From: Nitrospiria bacterium
GTDB lineage: Bacteria > Nitrospirota > Nitrospiria > Nitrospirales > NS-4
Assembly: GCA_041490525.1 (NCBI GenBank)
Contig: JBGPTH010000015.1
Location: forward strand, 3,867 to 67,866
Length of the DNA stretch: 64,000 bases
Direction of reading: 5' to 3'
This document shows positions 20,079 through 29,131 of this stretch, in pieces. How positions within the stretch are numbered: the first letter of the stretch is position 1; each line of letters starts with the position of its first letter. The notes under the pieces were generated by a model. That model did not search any database and was not told the DNA's origin. It worked only from the letters and a program-made list of their open reading frames with translations. The translations under genes and the position numbers were made by a program.

Positions 20079-21161
20079 TCACAGGACGAGGTCCACGGCG
20101 GCCTGGCGCTTCGTGACCTTGTCCTCGGGATTGTAGGTGGCGGTGATCTCCTTCTTGGCGTTGTTGGCGGAGACGACGATCTTGGTGCCGGAATCCTCGT
20201 TGTGGATGTGGAGGAAGATCTCGTAGTAGCCCTCCTTGTTCGTCTTGCCTTCGTGCCCCTCGCGGCCTTCTTTTAACGGCTGGGCCTTGATCGGAAGGTC
20301 GGGCACCGGCTTGCCGCTCTTGTCGCGCACGTACCCGTATACGATGAAGCCGTGCTCCACCTTGGTCTTCACGAAGATCGGTTTCGGGGTCTCGACGGCC
20401 GGGTTCTTCAGCGAGGCCAGGTAGGCGGCCAGGGCGGAAACCTCCTCATCGGTCATCAATTCCTTGTACTTGTCGGGCATCAGGCCCTTCTTGTGCTCCT
20501 TCTCGAACCCATCGGCATAAAGGTACCCCGGATCGAACACCTTCTTTTTGATGTCGTCCTGCGTCAGGAAGCTTCCGACGTTGTCCAGCACGGGCCCGCG
20601 CTTCTTGACCGACCCCTTGCCCCCGATCTTGTGGCAGTTGTAACACTCGTGCAGGTCATAGACCTCCATGCCCCGCGCGATGATGTCGCTTCCGGCCGCG
20701 GAGGCCGGCTTGGCCATGACGCCGGCTCCCGGCGCGCCGCCCGCGGGCTCCGGGGCGAGCCGATTGAGCTCCGCCATGAGGGTGCTGGCCTTGGCCTCCA
20801 GGTCCGCGGACTTCTTGAGGAGTTCTTCCAGCTTCGCCTTCCGGGCCTCCGGCGTCTCCATCTTGGGCTTGACGATTTTCTCGATCTTCCCCATTTCGAC
20901 CTTGGGATCGTACTGCGGGAGGAACGAGGCGCCCCAGATGTAGACGGCCGAGATCGCCGCGTAGAATCCGACCAGGGCCGCCCCGGCCTTCCAGCCGCTG
21001 ATCCTCGGAACGGACGGCGCGTCCAACAACAGGAAGACCGCCAGGCCCAGCATGACATAGAGGACGAACATCGTCTGGAAGACCGGCGGGAAGTGCATGG
21101 CGCTGGTCCCAAACCACATGAGCGGGATCAAGACTGCGGCGATGATGAGCTTACGAATCAT
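20079..21161 (-). CDS. membrane-anchored mono-haem c-type cytochrome with C-terminal beta-sandwich-like region
   Basis: 360 aa with N-terminal TM helices, one CYNCH motif, and a C-terminal carboxypeptidase-regulatory-like segment (YGYVRDKSGKPV...). Confidence 0.7.
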   Translation of the reverse strand: MIRKLIIAAVLIPLMWFGTSAMHFPPVFQTMFVLYVMLGLAVFLLLDAPSVPRISGWKAGAALVGFYAAISAVYIWGASFLPQYDPKVEMGKIEKIVKPKMETPEARKAKLEELLKKSADLEAKASTLMAELNRLAPEPAGGAPGAGVMAKPASAAGSDIIARGMEVYDLHECYNCHKIGGKGSVKKRGPVLDNVGSFLTQDDIKKKVFDPGYLYADGFEKEHKKGLMPDKYKELMTDEEVSALAAYLASLKNPAVETPKPIFVKTKVEHGFIVYGYVRDKSGKPVPDLPIKAQPLKEGREGHEGKTNKEGYYEIFLHIHNEDSGTKIVVSANNAKKEITATYNPEDKVTKRQAAVDLVL

Positions 21162-21216
21162 GGGAACCTCGCGGGGGGTGATGGGGGATCATTATACCGA
21201 CGTGAGAGGCATGAGG

Positions 21217-22008
21217 CTAGGGCAGGGCCCCTGGCAAGCGCCCGGCGAGCTTTTTCAAGAAGAGGGCGGTGATCGGCAGGTACATCAAGAGCCCGGTGGT
21301 GCCGATGAGGGGTTCGCCGATCCAGAAGGTGACCCCTAGGAGGAATGCGAGGATACTGTAGTAGAGGGCGCAGCCCAGCAGGAGAGGCCCTGCGATGTTG
21401 TCCGCATGGGGGTTTGCCGGGAGGCGGCGGTCGATCTGCTGGTAGAGCCCGAGGGCGATGAGGCCCACCACGCCCCACCCCACGTAGTTCACGAGCGGTA
21501 CGCCGAAATGCACGCCCGGTTCGGGATAGTAATAGATCCGGCCGAGGAACCAGCGGTCTCCCAGCAGGGCCACGGGATCGATGACCACGTCCAGGAGCAC
21601 GAAGAAGAGCGCCGAGAGGGCGAGCACGGCGGGCGACGTCCGGACCGCCGGGTCATCGCGGATGGCGAATCCCAGGCCGCTCCCGCGAACGGGCAGGAGG
21701 AAGACAAGGGCCAGGCAGTAGCTGCAGAACAGGAGGAAGGTAAACGACAGCGAATCCATGAACGGCACGTTGCTGATGTAGAGTTCCCGGCCCCGCGTCG
21801 GGCCCGTGTAGACATACCACCCGAAAGGGAAGCCCGTCCGCGTTGAGGAGAACTCGCAGACGAACGCGGTCACCCAGGTGAGGAGGAAGAAGATCGCCGT
21901 CCGCGTGCGCCCCATCAGCCGGACGGCGGTGACAAGTGCGATCGCCAGGAGGAGGAAGACGTAGGGGCGGAAGAAGATGGTTTTTCCGAGAAGGGTCAGG
22001 ACTTCCAT
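21217..22008 (-). CDS. carotenoid-biosynthesis-protein family (Caroten_synth/DUF422-like) membrane protein
   Basis: 263 aa, polytopic. FFRPYVFLLL...EFSSTRTGFPFGWYVYTG is the family-typical N-terminal pattern. Confidence 0.65.
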   Translation of the reverse strand: MEVLTLLGKTIFFRPYVFLLLAIALVTAVRLMGRTRTAIFFLLTWVTAFVCEFSSTRTGFPFGWYVYTGPTRGRELYISNVPFMDSLSFTFLLFCSYCLALVFLLPVRGSGLGFAIRDDPAVRTSPAVLALSALFFVLLDVVIDPVALLGDRWFLGRIYYYPEPGVHFGVPLVNYVGWGVVGLIALGLYQQIDRRLPANPHADNIAGPLLLGCALYYSILAFLLGVTFWIGEPLIGTTGLLMYLPITALFLKKLAGRLPGALP

Positions 22009-22017
22009 GAAGAATGG

Positions 22018-22698
22018 TTAGAACGCCTGGATGAGCCGCAGCACCTCGATGGCCCGATCGCGCGGCCGGAGCATGAACTCACGGGCTTTCTTGTCGTGCC
22101 GCCGGCGGGCCTGCTCGAAGGTATCGTCCTTGCCCCACGTGGGAAGCGGTGGGTTCTCGATCCGGATGCGGTGCAGTCTTCCTTCGCGGCAGAACGTGGC
22201 GTAGAACACCGGCACGTCCGCGCGGAGGCCGACGGTGAGGGGATCGGAGGGCGTCCTCCACAGACGGAGCTCCAATAACTCCTCCCAAAGCAGAGCGTAG
22301 CGCGCCACGTCCACCTTGTCTTCCGCAAAGGCGGGAGCCGAGCCCGCGGCTCCGGGGGTCTCTACTACGAAGGATTGTACGTCGGCCTGGGTTTCCACGA
22401 GCCACAGGCTGTTGTAAATGTTCCGGCTTCCCGCCAGGCCTATTTCGATCGCCAGCAAGCTGCGAACGGGGCCGCGTTCATCTCCAAGCCGGCGGACCTT
22501 TTGCAGCATGGCAAGGCGCGTGGCGTTGTCAGCCCAGAACTGGACACGGTCGGCGGCCGGATCGGTCACACCCCGATCCAGGCAAGACAACGTCGGAGGT
22601 GGTGGGGCTGGGGGTTCCGCTCCAAGGGCGGATGAGGAGAGAGTCAGCGATACCAGAGCCGAGAGGAGGGTGACATGGAGGAGAAGTCGTCTACGCAT
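22018..22698 (-). CDS. secreted hypothetical protein
   Basis: 226 aa from ATG 22698 (MRRRLLLHVTLLSALVSLTLSSSALG signal peptide). It overlaps the hpnA stop by 8 nt. Confidence 0.55.
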   Translation of the reverse strand: MRRRLLLHVTLLSALVSLTLSSSALGAEPPAPPPPTLSCLDRGVTDPAADRVQFWADNATRLAMLQKVRRLGDERGPVRSLLAIEIGLAGSRNIYNSLWLVETQADVQSFVVETPGAAGSAPAFAEDKVDVARYALLWEELLELRLWRTPSDPLTVGLRADVPVFYATFCREGRLHRIRIENPPLPTWGKDDTFEQARRRHDKKAREFMLRPRDRAIEVLRLIQAF

Positions 22699-23677
22699 AC
22701 TTGTGGTCCCTGAACCAGCGCACCGCTTTCTCCAGCGCACGCTCTACCGGCGTCTGCGGCATTTCCAGCTCCCGGAGGGCTTTGGCGCAGTCGTAGTGCA
22801 TCATGTACTTGGCCATCCGGACCCCTTCCAGCGGGATCCGCGGCGGCCGGTGCGTGATGTAATCGGCCAGCCACTGGTTGGCGTAGGCCAGAGGCAGGAT
22901 GCTCAGGCGGGGCAGCTTGATCCGGGGCGCTGGGACCCCCGTCAGCCCGCTCAGGATCGTGAATACCTCATAGAGGGACAGATTCCGGTGGCCCAGGATA
23001 TATCGTTCGCCCAGCCGGCCTCGTTCCATCGCTCGGAGATGCCCGATGGCCACGTCCTCCACGTCCACCAGGTTCATGCCCGTGTCGATGTAGGCCCGCA
23101 TCCGGCCCTTCATGAAGTCCACGATCATTTGCCCGGTCGGTGTGGGCTTGACGTCGCGGACCCCGACCGGAGCGGTGGGGTTGACGATGACGACCGGCAG
23201 GCCCGCCCTGGCCTGCTTGAGCACCTCCTGCTCGGCAAGGAACTTCGACCGCTTGTAGTGGCCCGCCATCTGGTCCAGCGAAATCGGAGTGTCCTCGGTC
23301 CCGAGCCCCCCGCCCCGAGGGAGCCCGATTGCGCCGATGGTGCTGGTGTACACGATCCGTTCCACCCCGGAGGTGTGCGCCGCTTCCAGAAGGAGGCGTG
23401 TGCCGGTGACGTTGACGTCGTAGAAGATCCGCGGGTCCTGCGCCCAGAGCGCATAGTGCGCGGCCACATGGTAGAGGTGGCGGCAGCCGGCGAGGGCCCG
23501 TCGAAGCGTCGAAGCCTCCCGCAGATCGCCGTGGACCTGTTCGACCTTGAGCCTGTCGAGGTTCCGGAGGTCGCTGTCGGGCCGGACCAGGACGCGCACT
23601 TCCACGCCGTGCTCCAGCAAGGAGCGCGTCACGGCGGCGCCGATGAAGCCGGTGGACCCCGTGACGAGCGCTTTCAT
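22691..23677 (-). CDS. hpnA: hopanoid-associated sugar epimerase (NAD-dependent epimerase/dehydratase)
   Basis: 328 aa from ATG 23677 (MKALVTGSTGFIGAAV). HVAAHYALW, YKRSKFLAE and KPTPTGQMI match the HpnA pattern. It follows the polyprenyl synthase gene. Confidence 0.78.
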   Translation of the reverse strand: MKALVTGSTGFIGAAVTRSLLEHGVEVRVLVRPDSDLRNLDRLKVEQVHGDLREASTLRRALAGCRHLYHVAAHYALWAQDPRIFYDVNVTGTRLLLEAAHTSGVERIVYTSTIGAIGLPRGGGLGTEDTPISLDQMAGHYKRSKFLAEQEVLKQARAGLPVVIVNPTAPVGVRDVKPTPTGQMIVDFMKGRMRAYIDTGMNLVDVEDVAIGHLRAMERGRLGERYILGHRNLSLYEVFTILSGLTGVPAPRIKLPRLSILPLAYANQWLADYITHRPPRIPLEGVRMAKYMMHYDCAKALRELEMPQTPVERALEKAVRWFRDHKYA

Positions 23678-23687
23678 ACGGTCCGTG

Positions 23688-24578
23688 CTAATTCTTTCTG
23701 GCGGTGATGTAGCGGGCCAACTCGCGGAGGGGATCGGCCTTCGCGTCAAAATCTTTCAGCTGCTGGATCGCCGAGGCGACGCGCTCCTCGGCGAGCTTGC
23801 GGGCGCCCTCCACGCCGAAAAAGGAGGGATAGGTCTTTTTCCCCCGCGAGGCGTCGGTCCGCGCGTCCTTGCCGAGCTCCTCGCGCGTGCCTACGACGTT
23901 CAGCACGTCGTCCGCGATTTGAAAGGCCAGGCCGATGTCCTCCGCATAGCGGGTCAAGGCGTCAAGTTGCGCGGGGGTCGCGCCCCCCACCGTGGCGCCG
24001 ATGCGGACCGATGCCCGGATGAGCATGCCGGTCTTCCACCGGTGGGTGGATTCCAACGTGGCGAGGTCGATGTCCTTGCCCTCGGCCTCGATGTCGGCCA
24101 CCTGACCGCCCACCATGCCTTCGTCGCCGGAGCCGACGGCCAGCTCCCGGATGGCCCGGATCTGAGCGAACGGGTCGAGACCGTCCACCAATTCCGGCCG
24201 GCTGACCAGATCAAAGGCCATCGTGAGCAGGGCATCGCCAGCCAGGATTGCCATGGCTTCTCCGAAGACCTTATGGTTCGTCAGCTTGCCGCGCCGGTAA
24301 TCGTCGTTGTCCATGGCGGGGAGATCGTCGTGGATCAGCGAATACGTGTGAATGAGCTCCAGCGCGGACGCGAAGGGGAGGACGGGCGCGGGGGACCGCT
24401 CGACGGCCCCGCACGCGGCAATGGCCAGGATGGGCCGCACGCGTTTCCCGCCGGCGAAGAGGCTGTAGCGCATGGCCTTGTGAAGCGTCGTCGGCGGGGC
24501 GTCCTCGGCGGGCACGACCGAGTCGAGGAAGCGGTCAACCTCCTTCCGCTTGTGTTCCAGATACCTCGTGATGTCCAT
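23688..24578 (-). CDS. ispA: polyprenyl (farnesyl/geranylgeranyl) diphosphate synthase
   Basis: 296 aa with Asp-rich motifs LIHDDLPAMDNDDYRRGK and FQIADDVLN. Confidence 0.9.
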   Translation of the reverse strand: MDITRYLEHKRKEVDRFLDSVVPAEDAPPTTLHKAMRYSLFAGGKRVRPILAIAACGAVERSPAPVLPFASALELIHTYSLIHDDLPAMDNDDYRRGKLTNHKVFGEAMAILAGDALLTMAFDLVSRPELVDGLDPFAQIRAIRELAVGSGDEGMVGGQVADIEAEGKDIDLATLESTHRWKTGMLIRASVRIGATVGGATPAQLDALTRYAEDIGLAFQIADDVLNVVGTREELGKDARTDASRGKKTYPSFFGVEGARKLAEERVASAIQQLKDFDAKADPLRELARYITARKN

Positions 24579-24731
24579 CCGTAACCGAGCTTAGCAAAGC
24601 TACGCAAAGGGTGTCAACGCGAGGAGGTCACGGGATGGCCGCGAAATCCAGGTCGAAGGAGACTTCCCGCCGCCGAGGACCAGGCCCAGATCGCCGTGGG
24701 GAGAAGCCACGACAAGGGCCCCCTCACGGAG

Positions 24732-25466
24732 TCATCCTTTTTCTGGGTCGCGGTTCCGCTCGGAGGATAGCCCGCGGATCATCGTGCGGAACCCGAAAAA
24801 CCTCCAGCCGACCGCAACCAGGAGGATCCAGAACAGGTGGAGGCCCCCGGCAAAGGCCCAGACTAGTCTCTGCCAGGCCAAGTTTCCCTCGGAGCCCGTC
24901 ACCATCAGGTAGACCATGATGAAGATGTACAGCGGCTCGCGTGCGGTCAGGATGTTCATTGTGCGGAAGAGGACCCGCCGTTGGTGGGCCGGCAACGGAA
25001 TGGCCGCCCGAAGCGACTCCAGCCTCCACTCCACCAGGAAGCACAGGGGAAGCCCCGCCGCGATCGTCCATCCAGGGAAGGCCAGATGGCCCGGCGGGAG
25101 GTGCGCGGTGATCGACCAGGTCATCCCGGCCACCACCGCCAGGGCCACGAGCCCGTCGGAGAGATTGTCCAGGAAGTGCCCCAGGGACGACTCCGTCGCC
25201 GTGGCGCGGGCTAACTCTCCATCCGAATGGTCCAGGACGGCCGAGAAGCAGAACAGGGCGAGTCCCCACAAGCCGGAGAGGAGAGTCCCTTGGCCAAAGC
25301 ACCAACCGGCGGCCAGCCCGAAGGCGAGACTGAGGATCGTGACCTGCGTGGCGGTGAGGGGCGTGTGCAGAAAAGCTTGGGTGACCCAGTGCGAGAGAGG
25401 CCGGTGAAGGCGCCGGTCCATCCAGCTGTCGGGAGTCCGGGTTCCGGCGACGGCGTGTCTCATCAA
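24732..25466 (-). CDS. CDP-alcohol phosphatidyltransferase family protein
   Basis: 244-aa membrane protein. DHSDGELARATATESSLGHFLDNLSDGLV matches D(x)2DG(x)2AR...G(x)3D(x)3D. Confidence 0.8.
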   Translation of the reverse strand: MMRHAVAGTRTPDSWMDRRLHRPLSHWVTQAFLHTPLTATQVTILSLAFGLAAGWCFGQGTLLSGLWGLALFCFSAVLDHSDGELARATATESSLGHFLDNLSDGLVALAVVAGMTWSITAHLPPGHLAFPGWTIAAGLPLCFLVEWRLESLRAAIPLPAHQRRVLFRTMNILTAREPLYIFIMVYLMVTGSEGNLAWQRLVWAFAGGLHLFWILLVAVGWRFFGFRTMIRGLSSERNRDPEKG

Positions 25467-25579
25467 GCAGTCTTGTACCCATCCGTGTGGTTTCTGTCAA
25501 GCCAAGAATCTGTCGCGGGCCTCCGGCCGGCTCCGGCGGGCTTGCGCGACCGAACGTGCTCGTCTATAGTGAGGCCACC

Positions 25580-25876
25580 ATGAGCTGGCGGCGAGTCGAA
25601 CAAGGGATCGAACACCTGACCTTAGAAATCCAGCCGGCCACCTGTCCGGTGTGTGGGAAAGGTCTCTACCGGAACATCACCTTCCTGAAGGGGGGCTGGA
25701 CCCGATGCCGGATCTGCGACCAATTTGTCCACTACTCCTGCCTCAGCGGAGGGCTTCTCCTCAAGGACCGTCCTCGGGTGTGTGTTGATTGCAAAGCCGG
25801 CCGGGTGCGGGCCGGTCAGCAGATGCCCTCGCTCCCGCCGGATTCCTCCGTCTCCTCCGTTTCCTCGCCGTCGTGA
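25580..25876 (+). CDS. small Cys-rich zinc-finger-like protein
   Basis: 98 aa from ATG 25580. Cys pairs CPVCGK...CRICDQFVHYSC...CVDC and a Ser/Pro-rich tail. Third-position GC bias is coding-like. Confidence 0.5.
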   Translation: MSWRRVEQGIEHLTLEIQPATCPVCGKGLYRNITFLKGGWTRCRICDQFVHYSCLSGGLLLKDRPRVCVDCKAGRVRAGQQMPSLPPDSSVSSVSSPS

Positions 25877-26217
25877 GCGGCTCGACTGCCGCAGAGAGCA
25901 CCGCCGGCTGGCGCCTCCTGGGGGATGTCTTTCATGTGGTCGTCGTCCCGACCGTTCACGCCGCGGGGGGATTCTTCATCCTCGATTTCCTGCTCAGCGG
26001 CCAGTACACCTGGGGCCGGACCCTCCGCACCTTCGTCCTCTTCCTGGGCAACCTAATCCTGGCCTACGAGTTCGTGTATCGGGACTTGCAGACCCGTCAT
26101 CCGGAATGGCCCGGACGGCGTCTTTTTATAAGCGTCATGGGCTATTCGGTGATCCCGTTCGCCGTCGGGATGGCGGCGCTACTGATCCTCCACGCGGCGG
26201 TTCGCCTGGCAAAATGA
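25873..26217 (+). CDS. small membrane protein (about 3 TM)
   Basis: 114 aa from GTG 25873, with a GTGA overlap on the upstream stop. Hydrophobic helices. Confidence 0.42.
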   Translation: MSGSTAAESTAGWRLLGDVFHVVVVPTVHAAGGFFILDFLLSGQYTWGRTLRTFVLFLGNLILAYEFVYRDLQTRHPEWPGRRLFISVMGYSVIPFAVGMAALLILHAAVRLAK

Positions 26218-26223
26218 AGAGAC

Positions 26224-26433
26224 CTAGGGGAGGGCGTACTTCGAGGTATGCTGGAAGGCGCACTTCGGACAGAGGTAGTGCAGGAACCGTCCGTTTCCCA
26301 CCAGCTTCTTTCTCATCGGCACCTTGCACCAGGTGCACGCCCGGTCGGGGGTATCGCAAGCAGGACAGACGGTGGCGGTCCTCCCTTCTCCAGCGACCGC
26401 GACGGTGGATCCTCCGCACTTCAGGCAGGTCAT
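26224..26433 (-). CDS. small zinc-ribbon protein
   Basis: 69 aa with four Cys pairs (CLKCG, CPAC, CTWC, CPKC). Confidence 0.5.
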   Translation of the reverse strand: MTCLKCGGSTVAVAGEGRTATVCPACDTPDRACTWCKVPMRKKLVGNGRFLHYLCPKCAFQHTSKYALP

Positions 26434-26821
26434 GGTGTCCCCGGTTCAAAATTCTTTTCGCATAGCCCGAAGAAGCTTGTCAACGGAACCGAAAACGGTA
26501 GGGGAATTCTTTGAGGCGCTCCCCTCCCGGTTTCATCCCGACGCGGCGGAGGGGATGACGGCCGTATATCAGTTTGTCCTCTCCGGGGACCAGGGGGGGC
26601 AGTACCAGCTTTACATCGCCGACCGGTCGTGCCGCATCGCCGCCGGGGTCCATCCGGCGCCGGACGTCACACTTACGATGGCCGGGGATGATTGCATGGC
26701 AGTGCTGGAGGGGCGGCTGAACGGCATCACGGCGTATCTTAGCGGACGATTGCGGATCGAGGGGGATCTCGGGCTGGCGATGAGACTGGCAGCGCTCTTC
26801 CCGGATCTCCGCCCGAAATAA
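26432..26821 (+). CDS. SCP2 sterol/lipid-binding-domain protein
   Basis: About 129 aa. AVYQFVLSGDQGGQYQLYI...LEGRLNGITAYLSGRLRIEGDLGLAMRLAALF is the typical SCP2 C-terminal pattern. The start is uncertain. Confidence 0.68.
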   Translation: MVSPVQNSFRIARRSLSTEPKTVGEFFEALPSRFHPDAAEGMTAVYQFVLSGDQGGQYQLYIADRSCRIAAGVHPAPDVTLTMAGDDCMAVLEGRLNGITAYLSGRLRIEGDLGLAMRLAALFPDLRPK

Positions 26822-26829
26822 CCTCCGAC

Positions 26830-28494
26830 ATGCCCCAGCCGTTCTCCCCACGACTCAGGCCGGTCGGTGAGATTGCGGCAGACCTGGGTCTCCTCGAAAA
26901 GGAACTGACTCCTTACGGGCGCTTCAAGGGCAAAATCTCCCCCGCAGTTGTGGAGCGCCTTCGCGATCGGCCTCTGGGCCGGTACGTCCTGGTCACCGCC
27001 ATTAACCCGACTCCGCTCGGAGAAGGGAAAACCGTGACGTCCATCGGACTGGCCATGGCCTTGTGCCGGCTCGGCCGCCGCGCAATCGTCACCCTGCGCC
27101 AGCCCAGCCTCGGGCCTGTGTTCGGCATCAAGGGCGGGGCCGCCGGCGGTGGCCGCTCGCAGGTGGTGCCGCAGGAGGACATCAATCTGCATCTGACAGG
27201 GGACGCGCACGCCGTGAGCGCCGCGCACAATCTCCTGGCCGCCTGCCTCGACAATCATCTGGCCCACGGGAATGCTCTGGGGCTCGACCCGGCCCGGCTC
27301 ACCTGGCCGCGGGCCATGGCGGTGAGCGATCGCGCCTTGCGCGAGGTCATCTTGCAAAACGGGCGGCGGAGTCAGTTCGTGATCACCGAGGCCTCCGAAG
27401 TGATGGCGATTCTTGCGCTCGCCTCCGGCTTGATAGATTTGCGGCGCCGGCTCGGCCGCATTCTGGTCGGGACAACGACCGAGGGGCGGCCGGTGACGGC
27501 CGACGAGCTTCGCTGCGCGGGGGCCATGGCGGTTCTGCTCAAGGACGCCCTGGGTCCCAACCTGCTGCAAACCTCCGAGGGGACGCCGGCCATCATTCAT
27601 GCCGGCCCTTTCGGGAACATCGCCCACGGCAACTGCTCGATCCTCGCCGACGCGATCGCGCTTCGCCTGGCCGATTACGTGATCACGGAGGCCGGCTTCG
27701 GGAGCGAGCTGGGCGCGGAGAAGTTTTTCGATATCAAGTGCCGGATCTCCGGCCTTCGACCCCACGCCGCGGTCGTCGTGGCCTCCTTGCGGGCGCTCAA
27801 GCTGCACGGAGGGGGCGGCGCGGCCAAGCCGGGCCGGCCGCTTCCGCCGGCCCTGACCGGGCCCAACCGAGAGGCCCTGGCGCGCGGGGTCGCGAACCTG
27901 GAGCAGCATATCGCCAACGTGCGCGCGTTCGGCGTGCCGGCCATCGTTGCGGTGAACGCGTTTCCGGATGATCCGAAGGACGAGCTGGACTACGTGAAGG
28001 CGAGGGCGGTGGAGAGCGGCGCGGCGGCCGCCGCGGTGTCCACGGTGTTTACTGAGGGAGGGGCGGGGGGCGAGGCCTTGGCTGCGGCGGTCCAGGAGGC
28101 CTGCAGCCGGCCCTCCGCTTACCGGCCGTTGTACGAGGAGACGGACTCGGTCGAGGAAAAGATCGAGACGATCGCGCGCCGCATGTACGGGGCCGGGGGG
28201 GTGAGCTACGAGCCGGACGCGTCGGCCCAGATCGAAGCGGCCGTGGGCCTGGGGTACGGGCGCTTTCCGATCTGCATGGCCAAGACCCCCCTGTCGCTCT
28301 CCCACGATCCAAGTCTCAAGGGGCGGCCCACAGGATTCACCCTCCCAGTCCGCGAACTCCAGATTCTCGCGGGAGCGGGGTTCCTTACGGCGGTGTGCTC
28401 CGGGATTCAGCTCATGCCCGGGCTGCCGAGCCGCCCGGCGGCCGAGCACATCGATCTGGATCCCGAAACCGGAGAGATCGTCGGATTGTTCTAG
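26830..28494 (+). CDS. fhs: formate--tetrahydrofolate ligase
   Basis: 554 aa with INPTPLGEGKTVTSIGL and overall FTHFS-like sequence. Confidence 0.95.
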   Translation: MPQPFSPRLRPVGEIAADLGLLEKELTPYGRFKGKISPAVVERLRDRPLGRYVLVTAINPTPLGEGKTVTSIGLAMALCRLGRRAIVTLRQPSLGPVFGIKGGAAGGGRSQVVPQEDINLHLTGDAHAVSAAHNLLAACLDNHLAHGNALGLDPARLTWPRAMAVSDRALREVILQNGRRSQFVITEASEVMAILALASGLIDLRRRLGRILVGTTTEGRPVTADELRCAGAMAVLLKDALGPNLLQTSEGTPAIIHAGPFGNIAHGNCSILADAIALRLADYVITEAGFGSELGAEKFFDIKCRISGLRPHAAVVVASLRALKLHGGGGAAKPGRPLPPALTGPNREALARGVANLEQHIANVRAFGVPAIVAVNAFPDDPKDELDYVKARAVESGAAAAAVSTVFTEGGAGGEALAAAVQEACSRPSAYRPLYEETDSVEEKIETIARRMYGAGGVSYEPDASAQIEAAVGLGYGRFPICMAKTPLSLSHDPSLKGRPTGFTLPVRELQILAGAGFLTAVCSGIQLMPGLPSRPAAEHIDLDPETGEIVGLF

Positions 28495-29123
28495 GCCTTC
28501 TTCCTGGCCCCGTCCGTCGCCAGCGCCCGGGTGATGGCCTCTTTGGCGCCGACGATCACCGGATCGCCGTGGTGGGGACACAGAGTTTCGAAGCTCAGGC
28601 TGAGCAGGCGACGGACGCTCTCGCGGGTGCGCGCGGGCTCGTCCTGGTACTCGTCAGGGACGAAGGCCAGACCCTCGGCGCCGGCGTTCGTGAGCAGATC
28701 CGCGCAGAACACCGCGCCTCCCTCACGCTCCAGATAAAAGGCGTAGTGCGCGTCGGTCGGGCCGGGCGCATGCACGGCCACGAGGTTCCCTGGCAGGCGG
28801 TCGCCCGCGCGGTACCAGCGGTCCGGCGTCTCCTCGAAATCCACGCCGCCGTGCGGCGCGTGCACCAGGACGTGAAAGGCTCGGCGGTAGCGCCAGGCGG
28901 ACCGCTCATGGCAGGAGGCCGTCAGGCAGATGGCCTCGACGGGGCCGAGGGCTTTGAGGTCTGCGTCGGCCATGGGCAGGGGGTCGATCAGGATGGCCTT
29001 GCCGGTGTCCACCACCACATAGCTGTCGCTTTCAAAGTCGATCCGGTCGTCATGGATTGTGAAGCGATAGACGCCCGGAAGGACTTCCCCGACGAGCGTT
29101 GCGGTGCCGCCTGGCTCAGGCAT
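28491..29123 (-). CDS. metallo-beta-lactamase-fold protein with a degenerate HxHxDH motif
   Basis: 210 aa from ATG 29123, 8 nt downstream of the PepM-fusion stop. The motif order is MBL-like (VHAPGPTDAH, FCADLL, CPHHG), but motif 2 reads LTASCHERS. Confidence 0.6.
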   Translation of the reverse strand: MPEPGGTATLVGEVLPGVYRFTIHDDRIDFESDSYVVVDTGKAILIDPLPMADADLKALGPVEAICLTASCHERSAWRYRRAFHVLVHAPHGGVDFEETPDRWYRAGDRLPGNLVAVHAPGPTDAHYAFYLEREGGAVFCADLLTNAGAEGLAFVPDEYQDEPARTRESVRRLLSLSFETLCPHHGDPVIVGAKEAITRALATDGARKKA

Positions 29124-29131
29124 GATCCCCT

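Noticed and set aside
26611-28581. 656-aa ORF antisense to fhs
   Set aside because: The same shadow-ORF signature. The fhs frame carries an unmistakable FTHFS sequence.
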